Part shown: piece by piece, positions 25,232-33,329 of the stretch
How the letters are laid out: each line of letters opens with the position of its first letter
How positions within the stretch are numbered: position 1 is the stretch's first letter
DNA from: a virus
IMG/VR virus record: IMGVR_UViG_3300011891_000004
DNA length: 36,787 nucleotides
Direction: 5' to 3' (one strand)
The notes under the pieces: model-generated
Told to the model about the DNA's origin: nothing
Database searches by the model: none
What the model saw: the letters and a program-made list of their open reading frames with translations, nothing else
Position numbers and translations under genes: made by a program

Positions 25232-25907
25232 TCAATCCCTCCATTTCAAGAATTTGATTGAAGATGCTCTTCACTAGACTAATCGGGATATTCGAGCGAT
25301 TGTTGTATCCATTCATCAATTTGAAATTGATGTCACTTGGTTTGTTCCCTGTTTTCAATTTTAGCTCAATGTTGGACTTGAATCTTGTTGGTTTTTGGAT
25401 TGGATAACTATCGTATTGATTGTAATGAGCTAGATTGTCATACGGGATTTTGAATCCAAGCACTCGGTCAATATAGTCCCATATTTTAGAACTTGCCGGG
25501 TTCTCAATGACATAATATTTCGGATTGTATCGTTTAATGATTTGAATCAAGTTGTGAGTACACAATTCGCCATTGATTCGTTTGACGATTTGTCTTTCTG
25601 GTTTGAATTGATATCGCTCATAGTCATTGAAGTCTCTGATTGTGAATGGGCTTAGTGGAATTTGTGGTTCGAATAAGCAATCATCAGCTCGTTCTTGTTT
25701 CCAACAGGCGTTCCCCTTGTCCATAGAAGATGCAATCGACCAAGACTCACAAGGAGGACTTGCAATGATGAGATCCGGGTGAGGGAGCTTGTCAAGAGTC
25801 TCATAGAGCTTGTTATCTCCAAAGAGATACGAGTAATCGGCAAGATTTAGATGAATAAAATGATTATTTTTATTTTCGATATCCAATCCCACAGAAAAAA
25901 TTGTCAT
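25221..25907 (-). CDS. Cytosine-5 DNA methyltransferase-like protein, main ORF (motifs II, IV, VI, VIII, X; very short TRD)
   Basis: Motifs VGLDIE (II), ASPPCESWS (IV, PCQ-like), YYVIENP (VI, ENV-like), IQKPTRF (VIII) and RSNIPISLVKSI (X). Confidence 0.7.
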   Translation of the reverse strand: MTIFSVGLDIENKNNHFIHLNLADYSYLFGDNKLYETLDKLPHPDLIIASPPCESWSIASSMDKGNACWKQERADDCLFEPQIPLSPFTIRDFNDYERYQFKPERQIVKRINGELCTHNLIQIIKRYNPKYYVIENPASSKIWDYIDRVLGFKIPYDNLAHYNQYDSYPIQKPTRFKSNIELKLKTGNKPSDINFKLMNGYNNRSNIPISLVKSIFNQILEMEGLNER

Positions 25908-25987
25908 CTCTTGCCCCCCTCATTGAGCTCTTTAACACCTTGAGAGTAGCAGCCATTGCCACTATCAAACAATGCCCAAACAATCAT
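25904..25987 (-). CDS. 27-codon ORF carrying the missing methyltransferase motif I (MIVWALFDSGNGCYSQGVKELNEGGKR)
   Basis: ATGA overlap with the upstream stop, and GGAGGAG 8 nt upstream. LFDSGNG resembles the DNMT3-type LFDGxxxG motif I. It ends 1 nt out of frame with the main ORF. Confidence 0.55.
   Translation of the reverse strand: MIVWALFDSGNGCYSQGVKELNEGGKR
25913..25919 (-). promoter_or_regulatory. G6 tract / slippery heptamer G_GGG_GGC at the junction of the two methyltransferase ORFs
   Basis: The coding strand reads GAG GGG GGC AAG AGA TGA. The -1 frame reads GGG GGG CAA GAG ATG ACA..., which is the main ORF. Confidence 0.6.
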
Positions 25988-26352
25988 CGCATCAACTCCT
26001 CCAAATCCACAAATGGATTGATATTTTCATCAATGTCATAAACTTTCGCACTTGGGAAATCACAAATTTCATCAAGTATTTTTTGAAATCTTTGTTTAAA
26101 TTCTTCAGACGTGCCATCCCATAAATGAACAAACATATCTTCATACCCGTCTTGTTCCATATATTCATATATCCAATCCAATACAGACTCAGCAGATAAT
26201 TTATTTCTTCTTTCTTTTAGAGTCCGCCAACCACTTCTTTCATTTTCATTTAACGAATTCCATTCATGTTTTAAATCGGATACATATATTTGAGAATGGG
26301 TTTGTTCGTTAAAAACTAAATCATCATCTTTTATTTCGTTAATTGTTTTCAT
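25984..26352 (-). CDS. Acidic hypothetical early protein (122 aa)
   Basis: RBS is GAGGTGTAAGA-ATG. The protein is D/E-rich and the gene is AT-rich. Confidence 0.6.
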   Translation of the reverse strand: MKTINEIKDDDLVFNEQTHSQIYVSDLKHEWNSLNENERSGWRTLKERRNKLSAESVLDWIYEYMEQDGYEDMFVHLWDGTSEEFKQRFQKILDEICDFPSAKVYDIDENINPFVDLEELMR

Positions 26353-26354
26353 TC

Positions 26355-26915
26355 TTACACCTCGTTATCCACAAACAATTCTTTGATTTCATCCCCAAAC
26401 AATTCGATTGCACGTTCGGCATCTTCTTCGTTTTTGAAATAACCGAAAAGGCTGAATGTTTCATAAAAATAAATATCGTTACATAAAATATCATCCGTCA
26501 TATTCGATTTGTATAAATAATACTTTGATTCATTTTTATTCCAATTTATTTGCCACTCCCCATTGCATTCGTCTCTGAATGCTCTGAATCGTGTCAGTAG
26601 GTTTCTACGTTTCACTTCTAATTCGGCTGCTTCTTCGGTTGGGAATGTGTTACCTTGACTAAAATATTTATTATCGGCTTCTATGTTCTCCCAACAATCT
26701 CGAAAAACGTCTCCACTCGATTGGAGACAATAATGTCCATCCCCATACTCATACGGGCACTTCATTTCCCATGTATCTTCCTCTTCATCAGGAATTTCAA
26801 CATCAGGTAATATTTTTGCTAATATGTCTCCGAGTTCAGTAACTACATCTTTGAAATTATTTGCTAATTTTTTTAACTCTTCCATAAGAGCCTCATATTG
26901 TGTTTTTTCTTTCAT
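26355..26915 (-). CDS. Hypothetical early protein (186 aa)
   Basis: The start was refined to the ATG at 26915 behind CAGGAGGATAACT. It contains internal F.(T/N)EE.AE repeats. Confidence 0.6.
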   Translation of the reverse strand: MKEKTQYEALMEELKKLANNFKDVVTELGDILAKILPDVEIPDEEEDTWEMKCPYEYGDGHYCLQSSGDVFRDCWENIEADNKYFSQGNTFPTEEAAELEVKRRNLLTRFRAFRDECNGEWQINWNKNESKYYLYKSNMTDDILCNDIYFYETFSLFGYFKNEEDAERAIELFGDEIKELFVDNEV

Positions 26916-27084
26916 AGTTATCCTCCTGTTTGTCTCTTTCTTTCTCATGTCCTGCAATTGCTCCAGCAAATAATGTGACTGCAGGAACAATGATATGGAT
27001 TCGAGAAACCCCTAAGACATCCAACAAAAAAACCGTGTACGTCATTAGTTGCCAAAAAATTACCCATAATTGATTCGTTTTCAT
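26893..27084 (-). CDS. Small two-TM membrane protein (63 aa)
   Basis: Two hydrophobic segments (LWVIFWQLMTYTVFLLDVLGV and IIVPAVTLFAGAIAG). The RBS is weak. Confidence 0.45.
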   Translation of the reverse strand: MKTNQLWVIFWQLMTYTVFLLDVLGVSRIHIIVPAVTLFAGAIAGHEKERDKQEDNYERKNTI

Positions 27085-27111
27085 TTATTTTTCATTCTCC
27101 ATTTCTATTTT

Positions 27112-27408
27112 TTAATATTTATAGTCATCGGGATTTAATCTCGTAGGCCATTCAATCCTGTCTGGATTTTCCTTCAATTGCTCGTTTAATTTGATTGCAT
27201 TCTTTATCGCTTTCAACGATGTTTCAAATCCAAGTAAGAAAGCGAATCGTTCATTGTAGCTCATTTCTTCTAACTGTCCATAGTTAATATCTTCTTGGAA
27301 CTGTTTCAACGCTCTGTCATACATCGACATGTCCTTGTACTTACAATGAGCCACAATCAAGTAGTGAACATCATCTTTCAGTTTTTCGAATTCTGTTGTC
27401 TCATTCAT
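27112..27408 (-). CDS. Hypothetical early protein (98 aa)
   Basis: RBS is GAAGGAGGACTAAAGG-ATG. Confidence 0.6.
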   Translation of the reverse strand: MNETTEFEKLKDDVHYLIVAHCKYKDMSMYDRALKQFQEDINYGQLEEMSYNERFAFLLGFETSLKAIKNAIKLNEQLKENPDRIEWPTRLNPDDYKY

Positions 27409-27411
27409 CCT

Positions 27412-27885
27412 TTAGTCCTCCTTCTTAATTCGTGTAATATTCGCCACAATCTTGTCTCTTGTTTGAGAAGAGAGTGAATACGGATCTCGCATGAATTTAC
27501 TCAATGATGTCACACTAACGTTCGTATCATGAGCAGCTTGAAGCATCTTATCGCTTGAATTCCCAATCACGCTATACAGATATGTGATAACATCTCCATA
27601 ATCTTCACGATATTGTTTGGACATCTTTCTTCGTTTGAGTCTCTCTTGCGATAAGTCCTTGATGATAGAACCATCAATTTTGTGTGCTTGGATGAAATCC
27701 AACGCTTCTTTGATTGTGAGGAAGTGCATCGCCTTCTCAACGTATTTCGTGAATCGGTGCGTGTAGAGTGGATGAGCCTTTGCAAGATATCCTTTCATGC
27801 TTGAATAGTCTTCAATGCGTTCGAATAGGAAGTGAGGCTCTTGGTTTCTCACAATTACATAGATTTTAATGTTTTCCATAAGCAT
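27412..27885 (-). CDS. Hypothetical early protein with a C-terminal HTH-like segment
   Basis: RBS is AAAGGAGAATAG-ATG. The C-terminal NVSVTSLSKFMRDPYSLSSQTRDKIVANI resembles a LacI-type HTH. Confidence 0.6.
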   Translation of the reverse strand: MLMENIKIYVIVRNQEPHFLFERIEDYSSMKGYLAKAHPLYTHRFTKYVEKAMHFLTIKEALDFIQAHKIDGSIIKDLSQERLKRRKMSKQYREDYGDVITYLYSVIGNSSDKMLQAAHDTNVSVTSLSKFMRDPYSLSSQTRDKIVANITRIKKED

Positions 27886-28054
27886 CTATTCTCCTTTTGA
27901 TTTCATTGATGGCATCTAATGTGATGCGATTTTTCCCATTCACAAAGCTCCGCACAAGATGATAATTGATGATAGTGGAATCTTTGATGAACTCACCGAT
28001 TGACATCCCTGTATCTTTGAAGAAATTAGTGAGTTCTTCTTTAAGAGCTAAATC
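27866..28054 (-). pseudogene. Displaced 62-codon C-terminal reading frame (HTH-like) of the 28041..28271 gene
   Basis: The frame is open: DLALKEELTNFFKDTGMSIGEFIKDSTIINYHLVRSFVNGKNRITLDAINEIKRRIDAYGKH-stop. It joins exactly after ...SQPRYQ if one 19-bp repeat copy is removed. Confidence 0.6.
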
Positions 28055-28271
28055 TTGATATCTTGGTTGGCTCTTGATATCTTGGTTGGCTCTTGTTGAA
28101 TTGTCTTTGGTAGTATCCCTCTTGAGGTTCTTTCTTTGGTGAATTTAGTCCAATGATTTTCTTATCTTTTAATCTTCGAACCATGCGAACACCGTCAATC
28201 TCCACAATCTCGATGTTCTCGTATTCATAAGTTGAACGAGTTCCGTTCAATCCTTCGACTTGATTTGCCAT
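28041..28271 (-). CDS. Hypothetical early protein, truncated by a frameshifting 19-bp tandem duplication
   Basis: ORF track entry (76 aa). The last 10 codons are read from the second repeat copy in a shifted frame. Confidence 0.6.
   Translation of the reverse strand: MANQVEGLNGTRSTYEYENIEIVEIDGVRMVRRLKDKKIIGLNSPKKEPQEGYYQRQFNKSQPRYQEPTKISRFSS
28053..28090. repeat. Perfect tandem duplication of a 19-bp unit TCTTGATATCTTGGTTGGC (28053..28071, 28072..28090)
   Basis: Read directly from the sequence. The unit length is not a multiple of three. Confidence 0.95.
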
Positions 28272-28282
28272 AGTTTATCTCC

Positions 28283-28510
28283 TTATTTTTGATGTTGATT
28301 TTTGAAGGCTTCATCGATGTGCTCGAATACCATGAGCATTTGCCTTCTTACGAATGGATGATTCTCGTATTCATCACATAGCTTTCCACTCGATTCGAAG
28401 ACCCAATTGAAATATTCGACCGAACCGAAGCCCAATTTCTGAGCGACACTTTCTTGTTCCACAATCCAATCGGCAACTTGATTCATGAATTTGTGATAAT
28501 CTAATTTCAT
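28283..28510 (-). CDS. Hypothetical early protein (75 aa)
   Basis: ORF track entry with a 4-nt overlap with the rusA stop. Confidence 0.55.
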   Translation of the reverse strand: MKLDYHKFMNQVADWIVEQESVAQKLGFGSVEYFNWVFESSGKLCDEYENHPFVRRQMLMVFEHIDEAFKNQHQK

Positions 28511-28902
28511 TCGAGCTCCTCCAATCTGAGATAGATTCCCGGTGGATCCGCATAGAACTTCTCTGAGATTTTAGAAGCGACCTTGTTGTCATCTTCCCAG
28601 AATCCCAAATCGGTCAGACAATCAAGCAGCAACTTCTCCATATTGTCCAAATCTGGTTTCGTGCCTTTATACTGTCCGTTGTACTTTCCATCTTTTAGAG
28701 GAAAGCACCATTTGATTGTGAGCCTCACACAGCCCCTTAGAGGCGTTTTGGGAGCAAAGTGAGAGAAGTGTGCCATATACTTCGCTCGAGCCTGTATGAG
28801 CTTAGGAGGTTCATAGAAATGAGGCTTCCCATTTCTACAAGTGACTTGCTTTTGTTGGTGAGTCGTTGTTGGGAGTTCCATGGGAATGAAGAATTCAATC
28901 AT
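28507..28902 (-). CDS. rusA: RusA-family Holliday junction resolvase
   Basis: KPDLDNMEKLLLDCLTDLGFWEDDNKV matches the RusA catalytic core ([27 protein letters not shown] in E. coli RusA). The start was refined to the ATG at 28902. Confidence 0.9.
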   Translation of the reverse strand: MIEFFIPMELPTTTHQQKQVTCRNGKPHFYEPPKLIQARAKYMAHFSHFAPKTPLRGCVRLTIKWCFPLKDGKYNGQYKGTKPDLDNMEKLLLDCLTDLGFWEDDNKVASKISEKFYADPPGIYLRLEELE

Positions 28903-29119
28903 GATTCCCAACACCTCTCCATGCACCCCATTGAGGTTCATAGATAACATATCCAGTAGATTTCAATTGTCTAAAAATCCATTCCATGAGTTCAGGTTGT
29001 TTTGAAATCCATTCCAACACTTGTGATTGAGTTGGGTCATATTCTTCATCTGGAAATGAATGATATAAGAGCGGCATATCTTTTCCGACTTCCAACAATT
29101 TTGATTTTTTACGTGCCAT
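28895..29119 (-). CDS. Hypothetical early protein (74 aa)
   Basis: ORF track entry with an ATGATTGA overlap with the rusA start. Confidence 0.55.
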   Translation of the reverse strand: MARKKSKLLEVGKDMPLLYHSFPDEEYDPTQSQVLEWISKQPELMEWIFRQLKSTGYVIYEPQWGAWRGVGNHD

Positions 29120-29149
29120 ATTTTTCTCCTTTTAAGTTTGTGAAATTCC

Positions 29150-29460
29150 ACACAGACTTTTATTTTTTATTTTTGCTTTTTGTCCATGGTAGAAAGGACA
29201 GACATGGTGGGCGGAGTCTAAAGCCCACCTGTTCTGTTCCTATCATGGACGATGGACGAATCTTCGGACATTCCCCTATTACACACTCTTAGTGTTATGG
29301 TTTGTCTGTCCGTGGACAAAGTCGATTTTGTCTTCGAGTTTGTCCTGTCCAAGTACACCTTTTAGGTGCATTGTTTTTATCTCGTGGACACGGACAAAGT
29401 CGATTTTTTGTCCTGTCTGTCCCGATGTCTGTCTTCGAGTTTGTCCTGTCCAAAAATAGG
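29150..29460. promoter_or_regulatory. Putative origin of replication: AT-rich tract plus an iteron array
   Basis: There are 14 copies of TGTCC/GGACA in about 270 bp. A 16-nt direct repeat GGACAAAGTCGATTTT occurs at 29314 and 29392. A 24-nt direct repeat TGTCTTCGAGTTTGTCCTGTCCAA occurs at 29329 and 29430. A T/A-rich stretch spans 29155..29180. The region is non-coding and directly downstream of the primase-helicase gene. Confidence 0.6.
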
Positions 29461-29473
29461 AATTTTTCCTAAT

Positions 29474-31726
29474 TTACTTTTTGAGAACGACATTCTCGCC
29501 ATCCAATTCATACCCATTTATTTCCTTGATTCGTCTCTTGAGAGTCTTCTCAGATATGCCCATATATTCACAAAGTGCCTCCGAAGTGACTGGAGCAACT
29601 CCATCATTTAGAGCTGAGTATGCTGTGTCGAATGCAATTTTTCGTTCTTCCTTGCGTTGCTCTGGAGTCATCTTCTTATCGAAGTTTTTCTTCCACCATG
29701 GATTGGATTTTGAATCATCCAACTCGATATCATCGAGGATGCCTGTATCATCCACAATATGAAGTGGATAACTGAACCACACATTTCGTGGTTTGAACTT
29801 AGCGAACTCTCGAAGTGTGCCATCCACACGCCACGCTGACATCGTTTGAATCTTGCTTGTCTCTCTATTGATGAGCTCGTTCGTTTGCCATCTATCTTGG
29901 ATGTTCACGACCGCTTTCTCGAAGTGATTACGCATTGCGTATGGACTTCTTAAGTCATCCATTCCGATGTACTGTTCCATGTATGGTCGATTCATGCGAT
30001 TGATAGCATCCTTGTAGATATCGCAAGCCAATTGGTCGCATCGTTGTTGGATAATCTCATCCGTGAGCTCTAACTCCACTAAATCGACAAGAGCATCTGG
30101 GTCCCGAGCGAATACGCCTGAGCCACTTGCACGGTCCATAGACTTTTTACCACCTTGAGAACCCTTTGAGTGGTGGTGACAGTAGATGACTGAACACCCT
30201 AGCTCTGTCGCAACTTTGTCAAACTGATTCGTGAAGTGAGCCATCTGATCCGCACTATTTTCATCCCCTGTTAGAACCTTATATATGGGGTCGATGATTA
30301 CAGCAATATAGCCTTTCTTGTGGGCTCTTCGAATCAGCTTCGGTGCGAGCTTGTCCATTGGGACTGTCTTCCCACGTAAGTTCCAAATATCGATATTCGA
30401 TACATTTCGAGGCTCGATGCCCATTGCTGCATATACATCCTTGAAACGATGCAAGCATGAGGCTCTATCAAGCTCGAGATTCACATATAGAATCTTCCCT
30501 TGAGTACATTCCCAACCGAACCATTTCGCCCCCTCAGCGATTGCAATTGACATATTGATGAGCCCGAATGACTTCCCAGCTTTTGAAGGTCCCGCAATCA
30601 ACATCTTGTGACCTTGTCTGAGAACGCCTTTGATAAGCTCTGGAGCAAGCTCGGGCATATTGTCCCAAGTCTCGCTTAGTCCTTCTGGATCTGGCAATTC
30701 ATCGTTCAAGTCTTCGATGTATTGATACCAATCGTCCCAAGACTTGTGTCCGATGTTTGTATCGATGATGAATTGTTTCTTTCCATCTCTAATGAATCCC
30801 GGGAGACGACTCAATCGACTTGGATTCTTGTTTTGTTCGTCTACATTGAGTCCGTTCTTCTTGCAAATTTTGTATAAATAATCAACACGCTTCTTGTATT
30901 CTTCTTTGTTTGCTGCTTCGATTCGTACAATCGCATGAATGGACTTGCCGCCACTATACACGAGAGTTGCGATTGGAAGTTCAAGCTCTCGCATGATTGC
31001 GTTCTGCTTCTCCAAATCCATGTTGTCCGATTCCACAAGAGCGTAGCGATAACTTACGACATTATCGTTCTTGACTCCTTGCCCATCCATTGGGTTGAAT
31101 CGCACCCATGCTCCTGCTTTTTCGTTGTAATCGCCTAAGACCTTCCCGATGTCTCCACCACATCGTTCTAGCTCGTCTATGAGCTTTCCTGCGGTTCTGT
31201 CGTAATTTCCACGATGTGGAAGATATTTCTCAATCTCGCCCGTCTCAGCGTTCGTCTTAGCGTATGATTGAGTGGAATATGCCACGATGTCATCTGATTG
31301 GAATAATGTGTCTAAGTATCGAATAATCTCTTGCACAGGATTCCAATTCTTTGGTTCGTGGAACTCCTTCCCATCAATCCATGCTTTGTCAACGAATTTG
31401 TAGTCGTTGTCGTATTGAATCGAAGAATCCCATTCGAGAGCCCCTCGTCCATCATCATGAGCTTGAGAAGGGTTGAATCCTTGCTCGACAGCCATGTGGA
31501 AGATTGTTCCTCCTGTGACTGGTGAGCCTGTCCCTTGGAACGTATCCCATTTCTTGAAGCATTCCCCTGGATGATATCGTCCCGAATCTCGAGCCGACCA
31601 CGATTCCCAATCTGATGCCGAATAGCCTTCATGCTTGAGAGCCATTCCCACATTCACCCATTCTTGATAGTTGAGCATTGAGGGGTCGATGTATTCTAAT
31701 AATTCAAGTAAGTTGTTGTCTTCCAC
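29474..31726 (-). CDS. DNA primase (AEP/prim-pol type with PriCT-like N-terminus) fused to a RecA-fold AAA_25/D5-like helicase
   Basis: N-terminal YQEWVNVGMALKHEGYSASDWESWS. AEP motifs DNMD...SGGKSIHAIVRI...NPSRLSRLPG. Walker A IAGPSKAGKS. Confidence 0.8.
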   Translation of the reverse strand: MEDNNLLELLEYIDPSMLNYQEWVNVGMALKHEGYSASDWESWSARDSGRYHPGECFKKWDTFQGTGSPVTGGTIFHMAVEQGFNPSQAHDDGRGALEWDSSIQYDNDYKFVDKAWIDGKEFHEPKNWNPVQEIIRYLDTLFQSDDIVAYSTQSYAKTNAETGEIEKYLPHRGNYDRTAGKLIDELERCGGDIGKVLGDYNEKAGAWVRFNPMDGQGVKNDNVVSYRYALVESDNMDLEKQNAIMRELELPIATLVYSGGKSIHAIVRIEAANKEEYKKRVDYLYKICKKNGLNVDEQNKNPSRLSRLPGFIRDGKKQFIIDTNIGHKSWDDWYQYIEDLNDELPDPEGLSETWDNMPELAPELIKGVLRQGHKMLIAGPSKAGKSFGLINMSIAIAEGAKWFGWECTQGKILYVNLELDRASCLHRFKDVYAAMGIEPRNVSNIDIWNLRGKTVPMDKLAPKLIRRAHKKGYIAVIIDPIYKVLTGDENSADQMAHFTNQFDKVATELGCSVIYCHHHSKGSQGGKKSMDRASGSGVFARDPDALVDLVELELTDEIIQQRCDQLACDIYKDAINRMNRPYMEQYIGMDDLRSPYAMRNHFEKAVVNIQDRWQTNELINRETSKIQTMSAWRVDGTLREFAKFKPRNVWFSYPLHIVDDTGILDDIELDDSKSNPWWKKNFDKKMTPEQRKEERKIAFDTAYSALNDGVAPVTSEALCEYMGISEKTLKRRIKEINGYELDGENVVLKK

Positions 31727-31730
31727 TCAA

Positions 31731-33314
31731 TCACTCTCCTTGGTAACTATGGACATCGATGTTGTGAGGAACTCTCCAACCATTCGCAGCAATGCGATTG
31801 ATGAGCTTAGTTGCTGCTTCAAATTGCCACATTCCTACATTACGAAATCCATAGCGTTCTAATAATCTGATTTGTCTTGGTGTTGTCAAGCCCTCGTTTT
31901 GGCGTTTAGAGAGGCGGTCAAGAATCTTCTGAGCCTTCCCAGCATTTCCAATCTCATCGGGCATGATTCCGAGTCGTTCTAATGTTTGAAGTTGTTTGTC
32001 CGAAGGTGGGCTCATCTCCCATCCAAATGATGGTACGTAGCTCGTGAGGTCTTCGGCGTGAATCGACATTTCGAACTGTAACGGATCCACAAGCTTACGT
32101 TTTCTCTTTCGCATCTCAGCGAGTTGTTTCGCAAGTGCTTCTTCACGTTGTGCGGTCACATCTTCTTTTGCGACCTCTTCTAATTCTAGGAGCTCAAATT
32201 CTGCTCCCGTGTTCTCTTCGGTACGTTCAACCATTGCTTTTGCAACTTCCTCATTCTCAGCAATGAGGTGGGCTGGGCGACACAATTCATGCTTCTCTGT
32301 ATGCCATAAGAAGTCGAGGAGCAATAGATGTGTCTTCCCGGGATGCAATCTCGTTCCACGCCCCACCATTTGAGAATAGAGCGAGCGAACTTTCGTTGGT
32401 CTTAACACGACCACACAATCCACCGATGGACAATCCCATCCTTCGGTCAGTAACATCGAATTACACAAGACATTGTATTTTCCGTTCTCAAAATCCTCGA
32501 GGACTTCCGCACGGTCTTTGGATTCGCCATTCACTTCCGCAGCTTTGAATCCCTTCGAGTTCAAGATGTCTCTGAACTTCTTGGATGTATTCACTAATGG
32601 AAGGAAAACGACCGTCTTCTTATCCTTGCAATGTTCCATCATCTCGTTTGCAATTTGTTCGAGATACGGGTCCAACGCATTCCCAACATCACTCGCTTTG
32701 AAGTCACCTTGTGACATCGACACACTTGAGAGGTCGAGATTCAATGGGATTGTGAGTGCTTTGATTGGGCTCAAATACCCTTCTTTGATGGCTTTCGGCA
32801 GTGTATATTCGTAGGCTAACGAGTCAAAATATGTCCCTAGATTACGCATATCACCACGGTCGGGAGTTGCTGTCACTCCTAACACATTCGCACTATCAAA
32901 GTGTGAGAGCACACGTTGATATCCATCGGAGATGCAATGATGAGCCTCATCCACCACAATCGTGTCGAAGTGTTCTTTCTCAAATCTTGCGAGTCGTTTG
33001 GGTTGTTGCAAGGTTTGAACGGATCCAACGACCACTCGATTCCATGAGCCGATACTCGTTGAACTTGCTTTCTCGAGCGATGTTTGAAGTCCTGTTGACT
33101 TGAACAATTTGTCGCTTGCTTGGTCTAGCAACTCAGAGCGGTGAGCGAGGACGAGAACTCTCTCGCCCATCCTCACACGGTCTTCGATTACTTTTGCGAA
33201 CACAATTGTCTTTCCACATCCTGTGGGAAGGACAAGAAGAGTCTTCTTGCGACCTTCTGCCCATTCCTGTTGAATGGACTCACGAGCCTCTTCTTGATAT
33301 TTTCGCAATTCCAT
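31731..33314 (-). CDS. Superfamily-2 DEAD/DEAH-box helicase
   Basis: Walker A LPTGCGKT, DEAH box VVDEAHH, and helicase C motifs (TEGWDCP, QMVGRGTR). Confidence 0.9.
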   Translation of the reverse strand: MELRKYQEEARESIQQEWAEGRKKTLLVLPTGCGKTIVFAKVIEDRVRMGERVLVLAHRSELLDQASDKLFKSTGLQTSLEKASSTSIGSWNRVVVGSVQTLQQPKRLARFEKEHFDTIVVDEAHHCISDGYQRVLSHFDSANVLGVTATPDRGDMRNLGTYFDSLAYEYTLPKAIKEGYLSPIKALTIPLNLDLSSVSMSQGDFKASDVGNALDPYLEQIANEMMEHCKDKKTVVFLPLVNTSKKFRDILNSKGFKAAEVNGESKDRAEVLEDFENGKYNVLCNSMLLTEGWDCPSVDCVVVLRPTKVRSLYSQMVGRGTRLHPGKTHLLLLDFLWHTEKHELCRPAHLIAENEEVAKAMVERTEENTGAEFELLELEEVAKEDVTAQREEALAKQLAEMRKRKRKLVDPLQFEMSIHAEDLTSYVPSFGWEMSPPSDKQLQTLERLGIMPDEIGNAGKAQKILDRLSKRQNEGLTTPRQIRLLERYGFRNVGMWQFEAATKLINRIAANGWRVPHNIDVHSYQGE

Positions 33315-33329
33315 TCAATGTCCCTCCTC

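Noticed and set aside
29206-29229. The GGTGGGC...GCCCACC hairpin in the intergenic region could be a terminator for the primase operon.
   Set aside because: On the - strand it is not followed by a T-run. It is more plausibly part of the structured origin region.
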